Assembly (NCBI GenBank): GCA_003483065.1
Contig: DMWY01000005.1
Coordinates: forward strand, 1-58,079
DNA from: Candidatus Moraniibacteriota bacterium
Lineage (GTDB): Bacteria; Patescibacteriota; Minisyncoccia; Moranbacterales; UBA2206
Length of the DNA stretch: 58,079 bases
Reading direction: 5' to 3'
In this document: positions 37,366 through 45,840 of the stretch, piece by piece
Layout of the letters: each line of letters starts with the position of its first letter
How positions within the stretch are numbered: position 1 is the stretch's first letter
Notes under the pieces: generated by a model
The model's input: only the letters and a program-made list of their open reading frames with translations
Told to the model about the DNA's origin: nothing
Database searches by the model: none
Translations under genes and position numbers: made by a program

Positions 37366-38670
37366 ATGGTAAAAAAGCTTATTCCACAATCTATTAAAAA
37401 CATTTATCATCTTTTTCAAGCTATCTTGGCGAATTTTATGTATGGTTGGCTTTCTAAAAATATAAAAATTATTGGTGTGACTGGAACGAATGGAAAAACC
37501 ACCACCGTGCAGATGATCACAAAAATTTTGGAAGAATCTGGGGCGCGTGTGGCGATGGCTTCGACGATTAATTTTAAGCTTGGTGAAAAAGAGTGGGTAA
37601 ATGCGACAAAATTCACGACCCTTTCTAGTTTTCAAGTGCAAAAATTTATTGCCGAAGCGGTCAAAGCCAATTGTGAATATTTAGTTTTGGAAACTTCTTC
37701 CCATTCACTGGATCAATTTCGCACTTGGGGAATTCGCTATGACACCGCAGTGATCACTAATGTGACGCGCGAACATTTAGACTATCACAAGACAATCGAA
37801 GGATATCGCCAAGCGAAATTGAAATTATTCAAAAATGTCAAAAATGCGGTGGTGAATTTGGATATGGAAAAGCCGGAAGAGTTTCTGAAGTATAATAATA
37901 AGAATATATTTTTATATTCGTGTCATCCTGAACTCGTTTCAGGATCTAGATTCCGGATCCCATGCCTACCAGCAGGCAGGAAGTCCGGAATGACATTGAT
38001 TCAAGCAGAAGATATTGAGTTGGGAATTGATAATACGAAATATCAAATAGGGGATATAAAATATCAAATAAATCTTCCTGGGTTATTTAATATGGAAAAT
38101 GCGTTGGCGGCTATTTGTGTTGTGATGGCTTATGGAATTTCTGCCGAAGTTATAAAAAATGCTTTGGAAAAAATTCAGGGCGTGCCGGGGAGGATGGAAA
38201 AAGTGCCAAATGATCGAGGGATTGAAATTATCATTGATTATGCGGTGACGCCGGATAGTTTGGAAAAATTATATACACTAATAAAACTAATAAATACGAA
38301 AAAAACAAAAGTAATTTCAGTGCTAGGAGCTTGTGGAGAAAGAGATCGTGGCAAACGTCCGATGATGGGGGAAATTGTTTCACGTTTTGCGGATTATATA
38401 ATCGTCACTAACGAAGATCCCTATAATGAAGATCCGATGCAAATAATAAATGAAGTCGCCAGTGGAATAAAAAATAAAATCGAAAATGAAAACTTTTGGA
38501 TAATTATGGATAGACGTGAGGCAATCAAAAAGGCCTTGCAGATTGCAAGTCCTAGAGATATTTTTGTCATCACCGGCAAAGGCGCAGAAGAAGTAATGGC
38601 AATTGGAAAACAAAGAATTCCGTGGAATGAGAAGAAGGTGATTTTGGAAGAATTGGAAAACTTAAAATAA
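37366..38670 (+). CDS. murE: UDP-N-acetylmuramyl-tripeptide synthetase MurE
   Basis: GVTGTNGKTT, LETSSH, TNVTREHLDYH, VPGRME, GACGERD, TGKG; ATG at 37366 preferred. Confidence 0.95.
   Translation: MVKKLIPQSIKNIYHLFQAILANFMYGWLSKNIKIIGVTGTNGKTTTVQMITKILEESGARVAMASTINFKLGEKEWVNATKFTTLSSFQVQKFIAEAVKANCEYLVLETSSHSLDQFRTWGIRYDTAVITNVTREHLDYHKTIEGYRQAKLKLFKNVKNAVVNLDMEKPEEFLKYNNKNIFLYSCHPELVSGSRFRIPCLPAGRKSGMTLIQAEDIELGIDNTKYQIGDIKYQINLPGLFNMENALAAICVVMAYGISAEVIKNALEKIQGVPGRMEKVPNDRGIEIIIDYAVTPDSLEKLYTLIKLINTKKTKVISVLGACGERDRGKRPMMGEIVSRFADYIIVTNEDPYNEDPMQIINEVASGIKNKIENENFWIIMDRREAIKKALQIASPRDIFVITGKGAEEVMAIGKQRIPWNEKKVILEELENLK
37921..37995. repeat. TGTCA...TGACA element with nested CCTRCC..GGCAGG palindrome, in-frame in murE
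   Basis: 75 bp encoding CHPELVSGSRFRIPCLPAGRKSGMT; first 27 nt identical to the other copies. Confidence 0.9.
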
Positions 38671-38679
38671 TTTTACACT

Positions 38680-38705
38680 AGATTCCCGCTTTCGCGGGAA
38701 TGACA
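38680..38705. repeat. Single TGACA-ended palindrome between convergent genes
   Basis: AGATTCCCGCTTTCGCGGGAATGACA, abutting the stop codon of the next gene. Confidence 0.8.
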
Positions 38706-39146
38706 CTAAGAGAGAAGTCTTGCAAGAATTAGAGTAAAAATTACCCCTAAAATTCCGCCGACAATTACTTCGGAAATTCGGTGGCCCATTCTTTCATGCA
38801 GTCGAGGAAATTGATCCTCGTTGATGTTTAACTGGCGAATAAGCATGTTGAGATATCGTCCTTGATCGCCCATATACATTCGAAGTCTGGCAGCGTCATC
38901 AATTACAATGATTGCCAATGCAACGGCGACAGTGAAAGCGCCGGAACTCATCCCGTCATAATATCCAACAGAAGTGACCAGTGACATAATAAATCCAGTG
39001 TGGGCACTCGGCATATGGCCATGTGTCATGGCATATTGAATGTTCCAACCATGCTTCATAGAATAAACTACGAATTTTATTATCTGCACTACACCTCCAA
39101 CAAACATTGGAATTAGAAAGATGTAGTAGGGTTTTAGGATGTCCAT
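38706..39146 (-). CDS. Divergent PAP2 family (DUF212) membrane protein
   Basis: GHMPSAHT, IVIDDAARLR, LHERMGHRISEVIVG. Confidence 0.9.
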   Translation of the reverse strand: MDILKPYYIFLIPMFVGGVVQIIKFVVYSMKHGWNIQYAMTHGHMPSAHTGFIMSLVTSVGYYDGMSSGAFTVAVALAIIVIDDAARLRMYMGDQGRYLNMLIRQLNINEDQFPRLHERMGHRISEVIVGGILGVIFTLILARLLS

Positions 39147-39306
39147 AAGAATAAATTAATTGTTATCTTGTATAAATTATAGCATAATTTTAGGGTTTTA
39201 CATAGGAATCAAAAAATGATAGAATTTAGATGTAATTAACTGTATGCGAATAGCGCACTACGAACGCGCACATGCGAATCGTAGACGCAAATCGTAATAA
39301 AAAAAT

Positions 39307-39855
39307 ATGACGGGAATAATTTTATTGGGAATTGTAGTTGTTGTCGCAATTGCGATAATTGCAATGTATAACGGGCTTATCACTCTCAAAAATAGAGTGG
39401 ATGAAGCTTGGAGTGATATCTCGGTGCAACTAAAAAGGCGTTATGATTTGATTCCAAACTTGATTAGCACAGTCAAAGGTTATGCGGCGCACGAAAAAGA
39501 AGTTTTCGAAAAGGTGACACAGGCGAGAACGCAGGCAATGAATGCTGGAACAACAGCGGAAAAAGCCGAGGCGGAAAATATGCTCAGCGGAACCTTGAAA
39601 TCTTTGTTTGCCGTGAGCGAAAACTATCCAGAACTTAAAGCCAATCAAAACTTTTTGGAACTACAAAGAGAGCTTACCGACACTGAAGACAAGATTATGG
39701 CTTCCAGAAGATTTTATAATGGTAATGTGCGTGACTTTAACACTAAACTACAAGTTTTTCCAACTAACATGATTGCCGGAATGCTAAAATTCACCGCTCG
39801 CGAATTTTTTGAGATGGATGAGAAGGAGAAGGAAAATGTGAAGGTAGAATTCTAA
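39307..39855 (+). CDS. lemA: LemA family protein
   Basis: AWSDISVQLKRRYDLIPNL, ENYPELKANQNF, RRFYN, FPTN. Confidence 0.97.
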   Translation: MTGIILLGIVVVVAIAIIAMYNGLITLKNRVDEAWSDISVQLKRRYDLIPNLISTVKGYAAHEKEVFEKVTQARTQAMNAGTTAEKAEAENMLSGTLKSLFAVSENYPELKANQNFLELQRELTDTEDKIMASRRFYNGNVRDFNTKLQVFPTNMIAGMLKFTAREFFEMDEKEKENVKVEF

Positions 39856-39859
39856 TAGC

Positions 39860-40951
39860 ATGAAAAAACGAATAATTATCCTGAGTATAGCCTTGATCCT
39901 GACTTTGTTTTTATCGATAAAAATTGTTATCTCTGCTTATTTTCAAAAAGAAACAATCTCTCTGGGGGTTGTTTCTTCTGATATAGCGACAAAAAAAGAA
40001 AAAAAAGTTGAAATAAAAAAAGAAAAAGAAAATATCAAATTATTTTTTCTGGGTGATTTTATGCTAGATCGCTATAATCGAAACTTGGCTGAAACGAATG
40101 GATCTGATTGGTTTGTGAAAAATATACAAGCAATATTTGCTGACAATGATTTGAATATTTTGAATTTGGAGGGCACTATCACGAACAAGCCTTCTGTCTC
40201 AGTTGGCACCAATGAAACTCAAAAAGGTCATTTCGTCTTTACTTTTTCGCCGGAGAAAACTGAGAGTTTTTTGCTGGAGAATAAGATTGGACTGGTTAGT
40301 CTCGGCAACAATCATAGTTTGAATTTTGGCAAAGACGGGATGGTTGAAACGAAAAACAACCTCAGAAATTTTGGTGTGGAATATTTTGGTGATCCAACTG
40401 AGGAAAATAATTTTCTAATCAAAAATATCAAAGGGCAAAAAATAGGCTTTGTGAGCTTCAATCAATTTTTTGGTCCAAGCGAAGAAAAAACTATTGAGAA
40501 TATAAAAGAGACAAAAAAGCGCTCAGAGTTTGTAATAGTCTATACTCACTGGGGGAGTGAATATCAACTCAAGGAAAATGAGAAACAAAAAAAGTTGGCG
40601 CATCAATTTATCGACAATGGAGCGGATCTAATTATCGGCTCGCATCCGCATGTAGTTCAGCCGTTGGAAATTTATCGAAACAAAGCAATTTTCTATTCCT
40701 TGGGAAATTTTGTTTTTGATCAATATTTTTCGCAGGATGTGAAAAATCGACTGGCGGTGGCAGTTTCGATTTCCAAAGAGAAAACAGAATTTGTCTTAGA
40801 ACCACTTTACACGCAAAGTAATGGACAAATAGTTTTGTCTGATAAAACAAAAAGAAAAGAATTGCTGGGCAGAATCGCAGAAAACAGCACGATTTCTGAT
40901 GACACTAGAAATGCGATAAAACTTGGTCATTTTTCAATTGAAAATAATTAG
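39860..40951 (+). CDS. CapA/PGA_cap family metallophosphoesterase
   Basis: GDFMLDR, NLEG, LGNNHS, HWGSEY, GSHPHVVQ, YSLGNFVFDQ. Confidence 0.92.
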   Translation: MKKRIIILSIALILTLFLSIKIVISAYFQKETISLGVVSSDIATKKEKKVEIKKEKENIKLFFLGDFMLDRYNRNLAETNGSDWFVKNIQAIFADNDLNILNLEGTITNKPSVSVGTNETQKGHFVFTFSPEKTESFLLENKIGLVSLGNNHSLNFGKDGMVETKNNLRNFGVEYFGDPTEENNFLIKNIKGQKIGFVSFNQFFGPSEEKTIENIKETKKRSEFVIVYTHWGSEYQLKENEKQKKLAHQFIDNGADLIIGSHPHVVQPLEIYRNKAIFYSLGNFVFDQYFSQDVKNRLAVAVSISKEKTEFVLEPLYTQSNGQIVLSDKTKRKELLGRIAENSTISDDTRNAIKLGHFSIENN

Positions 40952-40967
40952 GGTATAATCAATTTAT

Positions 40968-41861
40968 ATGAGTACACTATATAATCAAGCAGACAAAAAT
41001 ACACGCCTTACCTGGCTTTATATCACCGGTTTTTTGGTATTTGTGATTGGGGTGGGTTATGTTTTTGCGGGGGCAATGGGCAACAGCACAATATTGTACA
41101 TTGCAGTTATTTTTTCCGTCGTAATGAGTTTTGCGTCTTATTGGTGGAGCGACAAAATTGTTCTCGCAATGAGCTCGGCGAAAGAAGTAAAGCATTCTGA
41201 AAATCCTGAGATCTATCATCTTGTGGAAAATCTTTGCATCACGGCGGGACTGCCAGTGCCAAAAATATATATCATCCAAGACTCAGCGATAAATGCTTTT
41301 GCTACAGGGCGTGATCCAAAGCATGGGGTAATTTGTCTTACGACTGGAATAATTTCCCGCCTAGAAAAAACGGAACTCGAAGGCGTGATTGCACACGAAT
41401 TGTCGCACATTGGTAATCGCGATATTTTGCTTTCGACTGTAATTGTAATTCTCGTGGGTTTTGTCACACTTCTGGCTGATTGGTTTCGTCACTGGGCTTT
41501 TTTTGGAGGAAAATCTAGGGATAATAATGAAGGCGGACAACTGCGAATGATTCTTATTATCGTGGCAATTATCCTTTCTATTTTGGCGCCTATTGCAGCA
41601 ATGCTAATGCAGTTGGCAATTTCCAGGAAGCGTGAATTTTTGGCTGATGCTTCGGGCGCGCTTCTCACGCGTTATCCGGAAGGCTTGGTAAAAGCTTTGG
41701 AAAAAATTTCTCAAGATACGGAGCCACTTGAAGCCGCCAATCGCGCCACTGCTCATCTTTTTATTGCCAATCCTTTTAAGGGGAAAAAAATGATGAAAAT
41801 GTTTATGACCCACCCACCAATTGAAGAAAGGATAAAAGCACTGAGAGGAATGAATGTTTAA
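40968..41861 (+). CDS. htpX: Zinc metalloprotease HtpX
   Basis: NAFATG, AHELSH, SRKREFLAD, THPPIEERI. Confidence 0.95.
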   Translation: MSTLYNQADKNTRLTWLYITGFLVFVIGVGYVFAGAMGNSTILYIAVIFSVVMSFASYWWSDKIVLAMSSAKEVKHSENPEIYHLVENLCITAGLPVPKIYIIQDSAINAFATGRDPKHGVICLTTGIISRLEKTELEGVIAHELSHIGNRDILLSTVIVILVGFVTLLADWFRHWAFFGGKSRDNNEGGQLRMILIIVAIILSILAPIAAMLMQLAISRKREFLADASGALLTRYPEGLVKALEKISQDTEPLEAANRATAHLFIANPFKGKKMMKMFMTHPPIEERIKALRGMNV

Positions 41862-41927
41862 TATTATTTTGATTGCAATTTTTGAATTTAGTGATAAAAT
41901 TAAATAAGTAAATAATAACAAAAAAAT

Positions 41928-42446
41928 ATGGACGAACAAAAAAGTGAAAAGCAGGAGGAGCAGGCGAAGACTGAGAAAGCTGATCTTAAGGGTGGGATAA
42001 ACCAGCTTGAAGCACTGCTAGATGAGTATATGGTTAAAAAAGCTCCATTTGCTTTGCCAAAAGGAGTTAAGGAATTTATCGCTACTGTGTCGCCATATCT
42101 TATTATTATTTTTGCTATTATGGCTCTTCCGCTTATTTTAGCAGCGATGGGACTTTCCGCTTTCCTTACACCGTTTGCAATGATGGGAGGATTTGGGCTT
42201 GGATTTGGTTGGGGATTTGGAGCTATTGTTTCACTGGTCATTGCTGTGATCACTATTGTGATGGAACTGATGGCAGTGCCTGGGCTATTCAAAAGAACCA
42301 AAAAATCTTGGCAATTGCTTTTTTATGTTAGCATCATAAGCCTTGTCGGAAGCATTATTTCTATCCACGGGATTGTTAGTGGCATTATTGGTGCAATCAT
42401 CGGTTGGTATATCTTGTTCCAAATGAAGGATATGTATAAGAATTAG
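41928..42446 (+). CDS. Hypothetical membrane protein
   Basis: Multi-TM 172-aa ORF followed by a terminator. Confidence 0.8.
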   Translation: MDEQKSEKQEEQAKTEKADLKGGINQLEALLDEYMVKKAPFALPKGVKEFIATVSPYLIIIFAIMALPLILAAMGLSAFLTPFAMMGGFGLGFGWGFGAIVSLVIAVITIVMELMAVPGLFKRTKKSWQLLFYVSIISLVGSIISIHGIVSGIIGAIIGWYILFQMKDMYKN

Positions 42447-42471
42447 TAGTTATTTAGTATTTTTATCTTAA

Positions 42472-42500
42472 AGCAGTCTCAAGTATTTGGGACTGTTTTT
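42472..42500 (+). terminator. Rho-independent terminator
   Basis: GCAGTCTCAA-GTAT-TTGGGACTGT followed by T tract. Confidence 0.7.
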
Positions 42501-42545
42501 GTTTTAAGTTTAATGGTATAATTGAATTATAAGATTTTTAATTAT

Positions 42546-42662
42546 TTACGAAATTACGAATCAAGCTAAAATACTAATCCGCGCTTGTTTTTTTCGTACT
42601 TTCGTTTAATTCGTATTTCGCCCGCCTCGACTCGCAGAGACTGCTTGTCGACGCGAGGCTGG
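42546..42662. repeat. TACGAA repeat cluster plus CCCGCCTCG...CGAGGCTGG palindrome
   Basis: TTACGAAATTACGAAT...TTTTCGTACTTTCG..TTCGTATTTCG, then a GC-rich hairpin at 42621-42662 just upstream of pyk. Confidence 0.7.
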
Positions 42663-42669
42663 TAAACTT

Positions 42670-44103
42670 ATGAAGCGAACTAAAATCGTAGCTACTATCG
42701 GGCCCTCGACTGGGACTAAGGAAAAATTGAAAAAATTAATTAAGACAGGAATGAATGTGGCGAGGATAAATTTTTCTCACGGTGATCATAATTCTAATGG
42801 CAAGTTGATAGGTTATATCAAAGAGCTTCGTTCGGAGTTGGAGTTGCCGATTGGAATTATCGCCGATCTTCAGGGGCCAAGAATCAGAACCGTTGTGGAA
42901 GAAGAAATTTCAATCAAGAAAAAAGAAACAATTTTTGTTTCGGATGTTTCGGTGGATGAAAAACTGCTGAAAATAGAAGGAAAATTATTCAAGCTTGATT
43001 GGCCAAAAATAATTTCTGATATTAAGGTTGGAAATTATATCTTAGTTGAAGATGGATTGATAAAAATGAAAGTGATTTCCAAGGAAAAAAAATATTTAAA
43101 AGTGGAAGTGATAAGTGGGGGAGTTCTCAAGAATCATAAGGGTGTCAATATTCCCGATATAAAACTAGAAAAAGGGGCCTTTACAAAAAAGGACGATGAG
43201 GACTTGAAATTTGCGTTGTCGCAAGATGTTGACTATATCGCACTTTCTTTTGTGAGCAATGCCAAGGAGATAATGAATGTGAAAAAGAAAATAAAAAAGA
43301 TAATCAAGAACAAGTCGAAACTACCTCAGATAATTGCCAAAATTGAAAGAAAGGAAGCGATCAAAAATATTGCAGAAATAATTGAAGCATCAGACGCGGT
43401 GATGGTAGCCAGAGGAGATCTTGGAATTGAAATGGATGAAAATCGCGTGGTGATTTATCAAAAAGAAATTATTGCTAAGTGCCTGCGGTCAGCTACGCCA
43501 GTTATCGTAGCCACGCAAATGCTAAATTCAATGATTGAAAATCCTTTGCCAACTCGAGCGGAAGTTTCAGATGTGTCTAATGCGGTGATTGATCACGCTG
43601 ATGCCGTGATGCTTTCTGGGGAAACAGCCAATGGCAAATATCCTGTGCAAGCAGTCAAAGCGATGAGCGACATAATCAGCAATACCGAACGATCGCCTTT
43701 TGATGATTTGGAACATGGCTTTTTGGGAGACAAAAATAAATCTACCTCTTCTGCCGTGGCTAATTCGGCTCATGAACTCTTGAAAGATACCAAGGCTAAA
43801 GCGATTGTGGTGGCCAGTGTGAGTGGCTTTACCGCACAAATGATTTCTCGTCATCGTCCAGAAAGTCCGATTTTTGTCATGACTAACAATGAAAAAACAC
43901 ATAATCAATTGAGTTTAGTTTGGGGCGTGCAGAGTTTTGTTTTGCCGGATTGTGAAACGATTGATGAACTGATTGATATTTCAATTAAGATTCTAAAAAC
44001 CAAGAAAAAAGTTAATCTCAAGGATAAATTAGTCATCGTAATGGGTCGTCCGCATGTCACCAAAGAACATATGAGTTTGGTGAAGGTGGAAGAGGTGGAT
44101 TGA
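42670..44103 (+). CDS. pyk: Pyruvate kinase
   Basis: KRTKIVATIGP, ARINFSHG, MVARGDLG, ATQML, MLSGETA. Confidence 0.98.
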   Translation: MKRTKIVATIGPSTGTKEKLKKLIKTGMNVARINFSHGDHNSNGKLIGYIKELRSELELPIGIIADLQGPRIRTVVEEEISIKKKETIFVSDVSVDEKLLKIEGKLFKLDWPKIISDIKVGNYILVEDGLIKMKVISKEKKYLKVEVISGGVLKNHKGVNIPDIKLEKGAFTKKDDEDLKFALSQDVDYIALSFVSNAKEIMNVKKKIKKIIKNKSKLPQIIAKIERKEAIKNIAEIIEASDAVMVARGDLGIEMDENRVVIYQKEIIAKCLRSATPVIVATQMLNSMIENPLPTRAEVSDVSNAVIDHADAVMLSGETANGKYPVQAVKAMSDIISNTERSPFDDLEHGFLGDKNKSTSSAVANSAHELLKDTKAKAIVVASVSGFTAQMISRHRPESPIFVMTNNEKTHNQLSLVWGVQSFVLPDCETIDELIDISIKILKTKKKVNLKDKLVIVMGRPHVTKEHMSLVKVEEVD

Positions 44104-44151
44104 TTTACGAAAGTACGAATCGATCGAAAATACGAATAAAGAATTTTTTTA

Positions 44152-44180
44152 TAAAGAGCTGGTTATACTAGCTCTTTTAT
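44152..44180 (+). terminator. Rho-independent terminator
   Basis: AAAGAGCTGG-TTATA-CTAGCTCTTT followed by T-rich tract. Confidence 0.7.
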
Positions 44181-44237
44181 TTTTTAAAAGATATTTTTCG
44201 TCTTACTTTTTTTTCGAGCTAATAAAATATTCTCCCC

Positions 44238-44530
44238 TTACTTTTCTTTGCCTCAAAGAAAAGTAACAAAAGAAAGCGGCCACCCTAATAAAATAAAGAA
44301 ATAAATTTTCGATTTTCTCGCTAAATTTACTAACTCCCCTTAGGCCTAGAATGAGTAAATTTTTAACGCCCGCCTGCTTCGTAATGCTAGCCAAATAACA
44401 AATTGGGGTTTTATAAGACTATAATTGCTTTATAATATCTCAACTTACTTTTAGTGGCGAAGCATTGCGGGCAGGCTCTAAAATCTCAATTTATAATTCT
44501 TTATTTTATGGGGTGGGGGAAAATGCAAAA
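44238..44530 (+). repeat. Long bulged-hairpin element, copy C, interrupted by a 107-bp palindromic insertion
   Basis: Near-identical to copy A except for the apical loop and an insert at 44369-44475. Confidence 0.88.
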
Positions 44531-44575
44531 GGCAGATTTTTTAAGATAAAAAGATATTGAAAATTTTATCGATAA

Positions 44576-44686
44576 ACCCCGCACCATTTTCAAGGGAAAC
44601 TTTCGAAGCCTATATATTTTTAAGTAAAGCGGCTTCGCCTTTAATCTGAAAATTAAGATAATTTTTTTCAAAAAATGGTGCGGGGT
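44576..44686. mobile_element. MITE-like element
   Basis: Perfect 15-bp terminal inverted repeats ACCCCGCACCATTTT / AAAATGGTGCGGGGT. Confidence 0.65.
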
Positions 44687-44842
44687 AAAAGTTAAATAGC
44701 TAAAAAATTCTTTATTTAAGCCAAAAAAAGGCATAAATGTTTGACTTTTAATCTTGGCAATGCTTTAATGCCTTAATTATCAGAAAACGGTCTGGTAATT
44801 GAAAGCTATTTAAAAACAATTTTTTGAAAGAGAGGTAACGCC

Positions 44843-45661
44843 ATGACAGCAAAACGTGGTAACGCCGAAATTAAGGCAATGGGGCAAATCGGTAATTTAT
44901 TAGGTAAAGTTGGACAACATCTTTGGCCAACTCTCAAGTCAGCAATTTCCAGTGGAGTAATCGATCTCCAAAGGGAATTTACAACGGACAATGAAATAAA
45001 GGAGGCTATTGGGCGTGGATTTTTATTCAAAAAGAAAAAACCCATCTTGGAATATGATATCGGAAAAGTTTCCAAGGATAAGCTGGCGAGTTTGTCATTA
45101 TGGGATTTGAAAAATCTTTACCCGCTTTTTTATCAACAAGCTTTTGGTCTGTATTTGGATTTTCCAGATGAATTGGTTCCTGATGGGCCAGATGAATTTA
45201 TTTGGCCAATTTGTATTCCGGGAATTATTTCCAACGAAACTGTCTTCAGAAGTGGCAAGCTCGATATTCCTCGTTGGAGATATGCACAAAATGAGCAGTC
45301 TCTGGATTCGATCATGAATTTAAATCACGGTCGGGATGCCTGGATGCATAGCTATATTGTGCTAACAAAACCAAACTGGGAGGCAGATGACGATCTAAAG
45401 AATTTTTCGGGTAGTGATATTGAAGTGAAAAAAATCAATGTCATGATGTTTCGGGAAAGATGGATTCTGGGATTGTTTCTGACTTGGTTGATGGGGGATC
45501 GCATAGATCGAAAGGGTAGAACTCTTACGGGTTCTCGCTATTTAAATGGTGATGTTTTGAGTGTCCATTCTCAGGGAACTGAAGGTCCAGTCAACGTTAC
45601 ATTCACTGGACTGCATGAATGCGATATTTTTTTTGGTTTTCGTCAGGTAATTTCAATTTAA
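44843..45661 (+). CDS. Hypothetical protein with C-type-lectin-like, DGR-target-like C-terminus
   Basis: Own promoter (TTGACT-17-TTTAAT), GAGGT RBS and terminator; ends TLTGSRY..GDV..V...GFRQVIS. Confidence 0.7.
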   Translation: MTAKRGNAEIKAMGQIGNLLGKVGQHLWPTLKSAISSGVIDLQREFTTDNEIKEAIGRGFLFKKKKPILEYDIGKVSKDKLASLSLWDLKNLYPLFYQQAFGLYLDFPDELVPDGPDEFIWPICIPGIISNETVFRSGKLDIPRWRYAQNEQSLDSIMNLNHGRDAWMHSYIVLTKPNWEADDDLKNFSGSDIEVKKINVMMFRERWILGLFLTWLMGDRIDRKGRTLTGSRYLNGDVLSVHSQGTEGPVNVTFTGLHECDIFFGFRQVISI

Positions 45662-45695
45662 TTCTTTCATTTTTTTAAAAACTTTCAAATATTTG

Positions 45696-45733
45696 AAACT
45701 CGTTCTTCGGAAATCCGATGGACGAGTTTTTTT
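45696..45733 (+). terminator. Bulged hairpin with T tract
   Basis: AAACTCGTTCTTCGGA-AA-TCCGATGGACGAGTTTTTTT. Confidence 0.65.
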
Positions 45734-45769
45734 ATTTATCAATTTTATTTTTTTGTGGTATAATAATTT

Positions 45770-45800
45770 CATGAAACATGTAGCATAAAACATGAAGCAA
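45770..45800 (+). repeat. CATGWAR heptamer array in the ppsA leader
   Basis: CATGAAA CATGTAG CATAAAA CATGAAG CAA just after TGgTATAAT. Confidence 0.8.
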
Positions 45801-45840
45801 ATAATAAAAATTTAAAATAAAAAATTATTAAAATAAAAAA

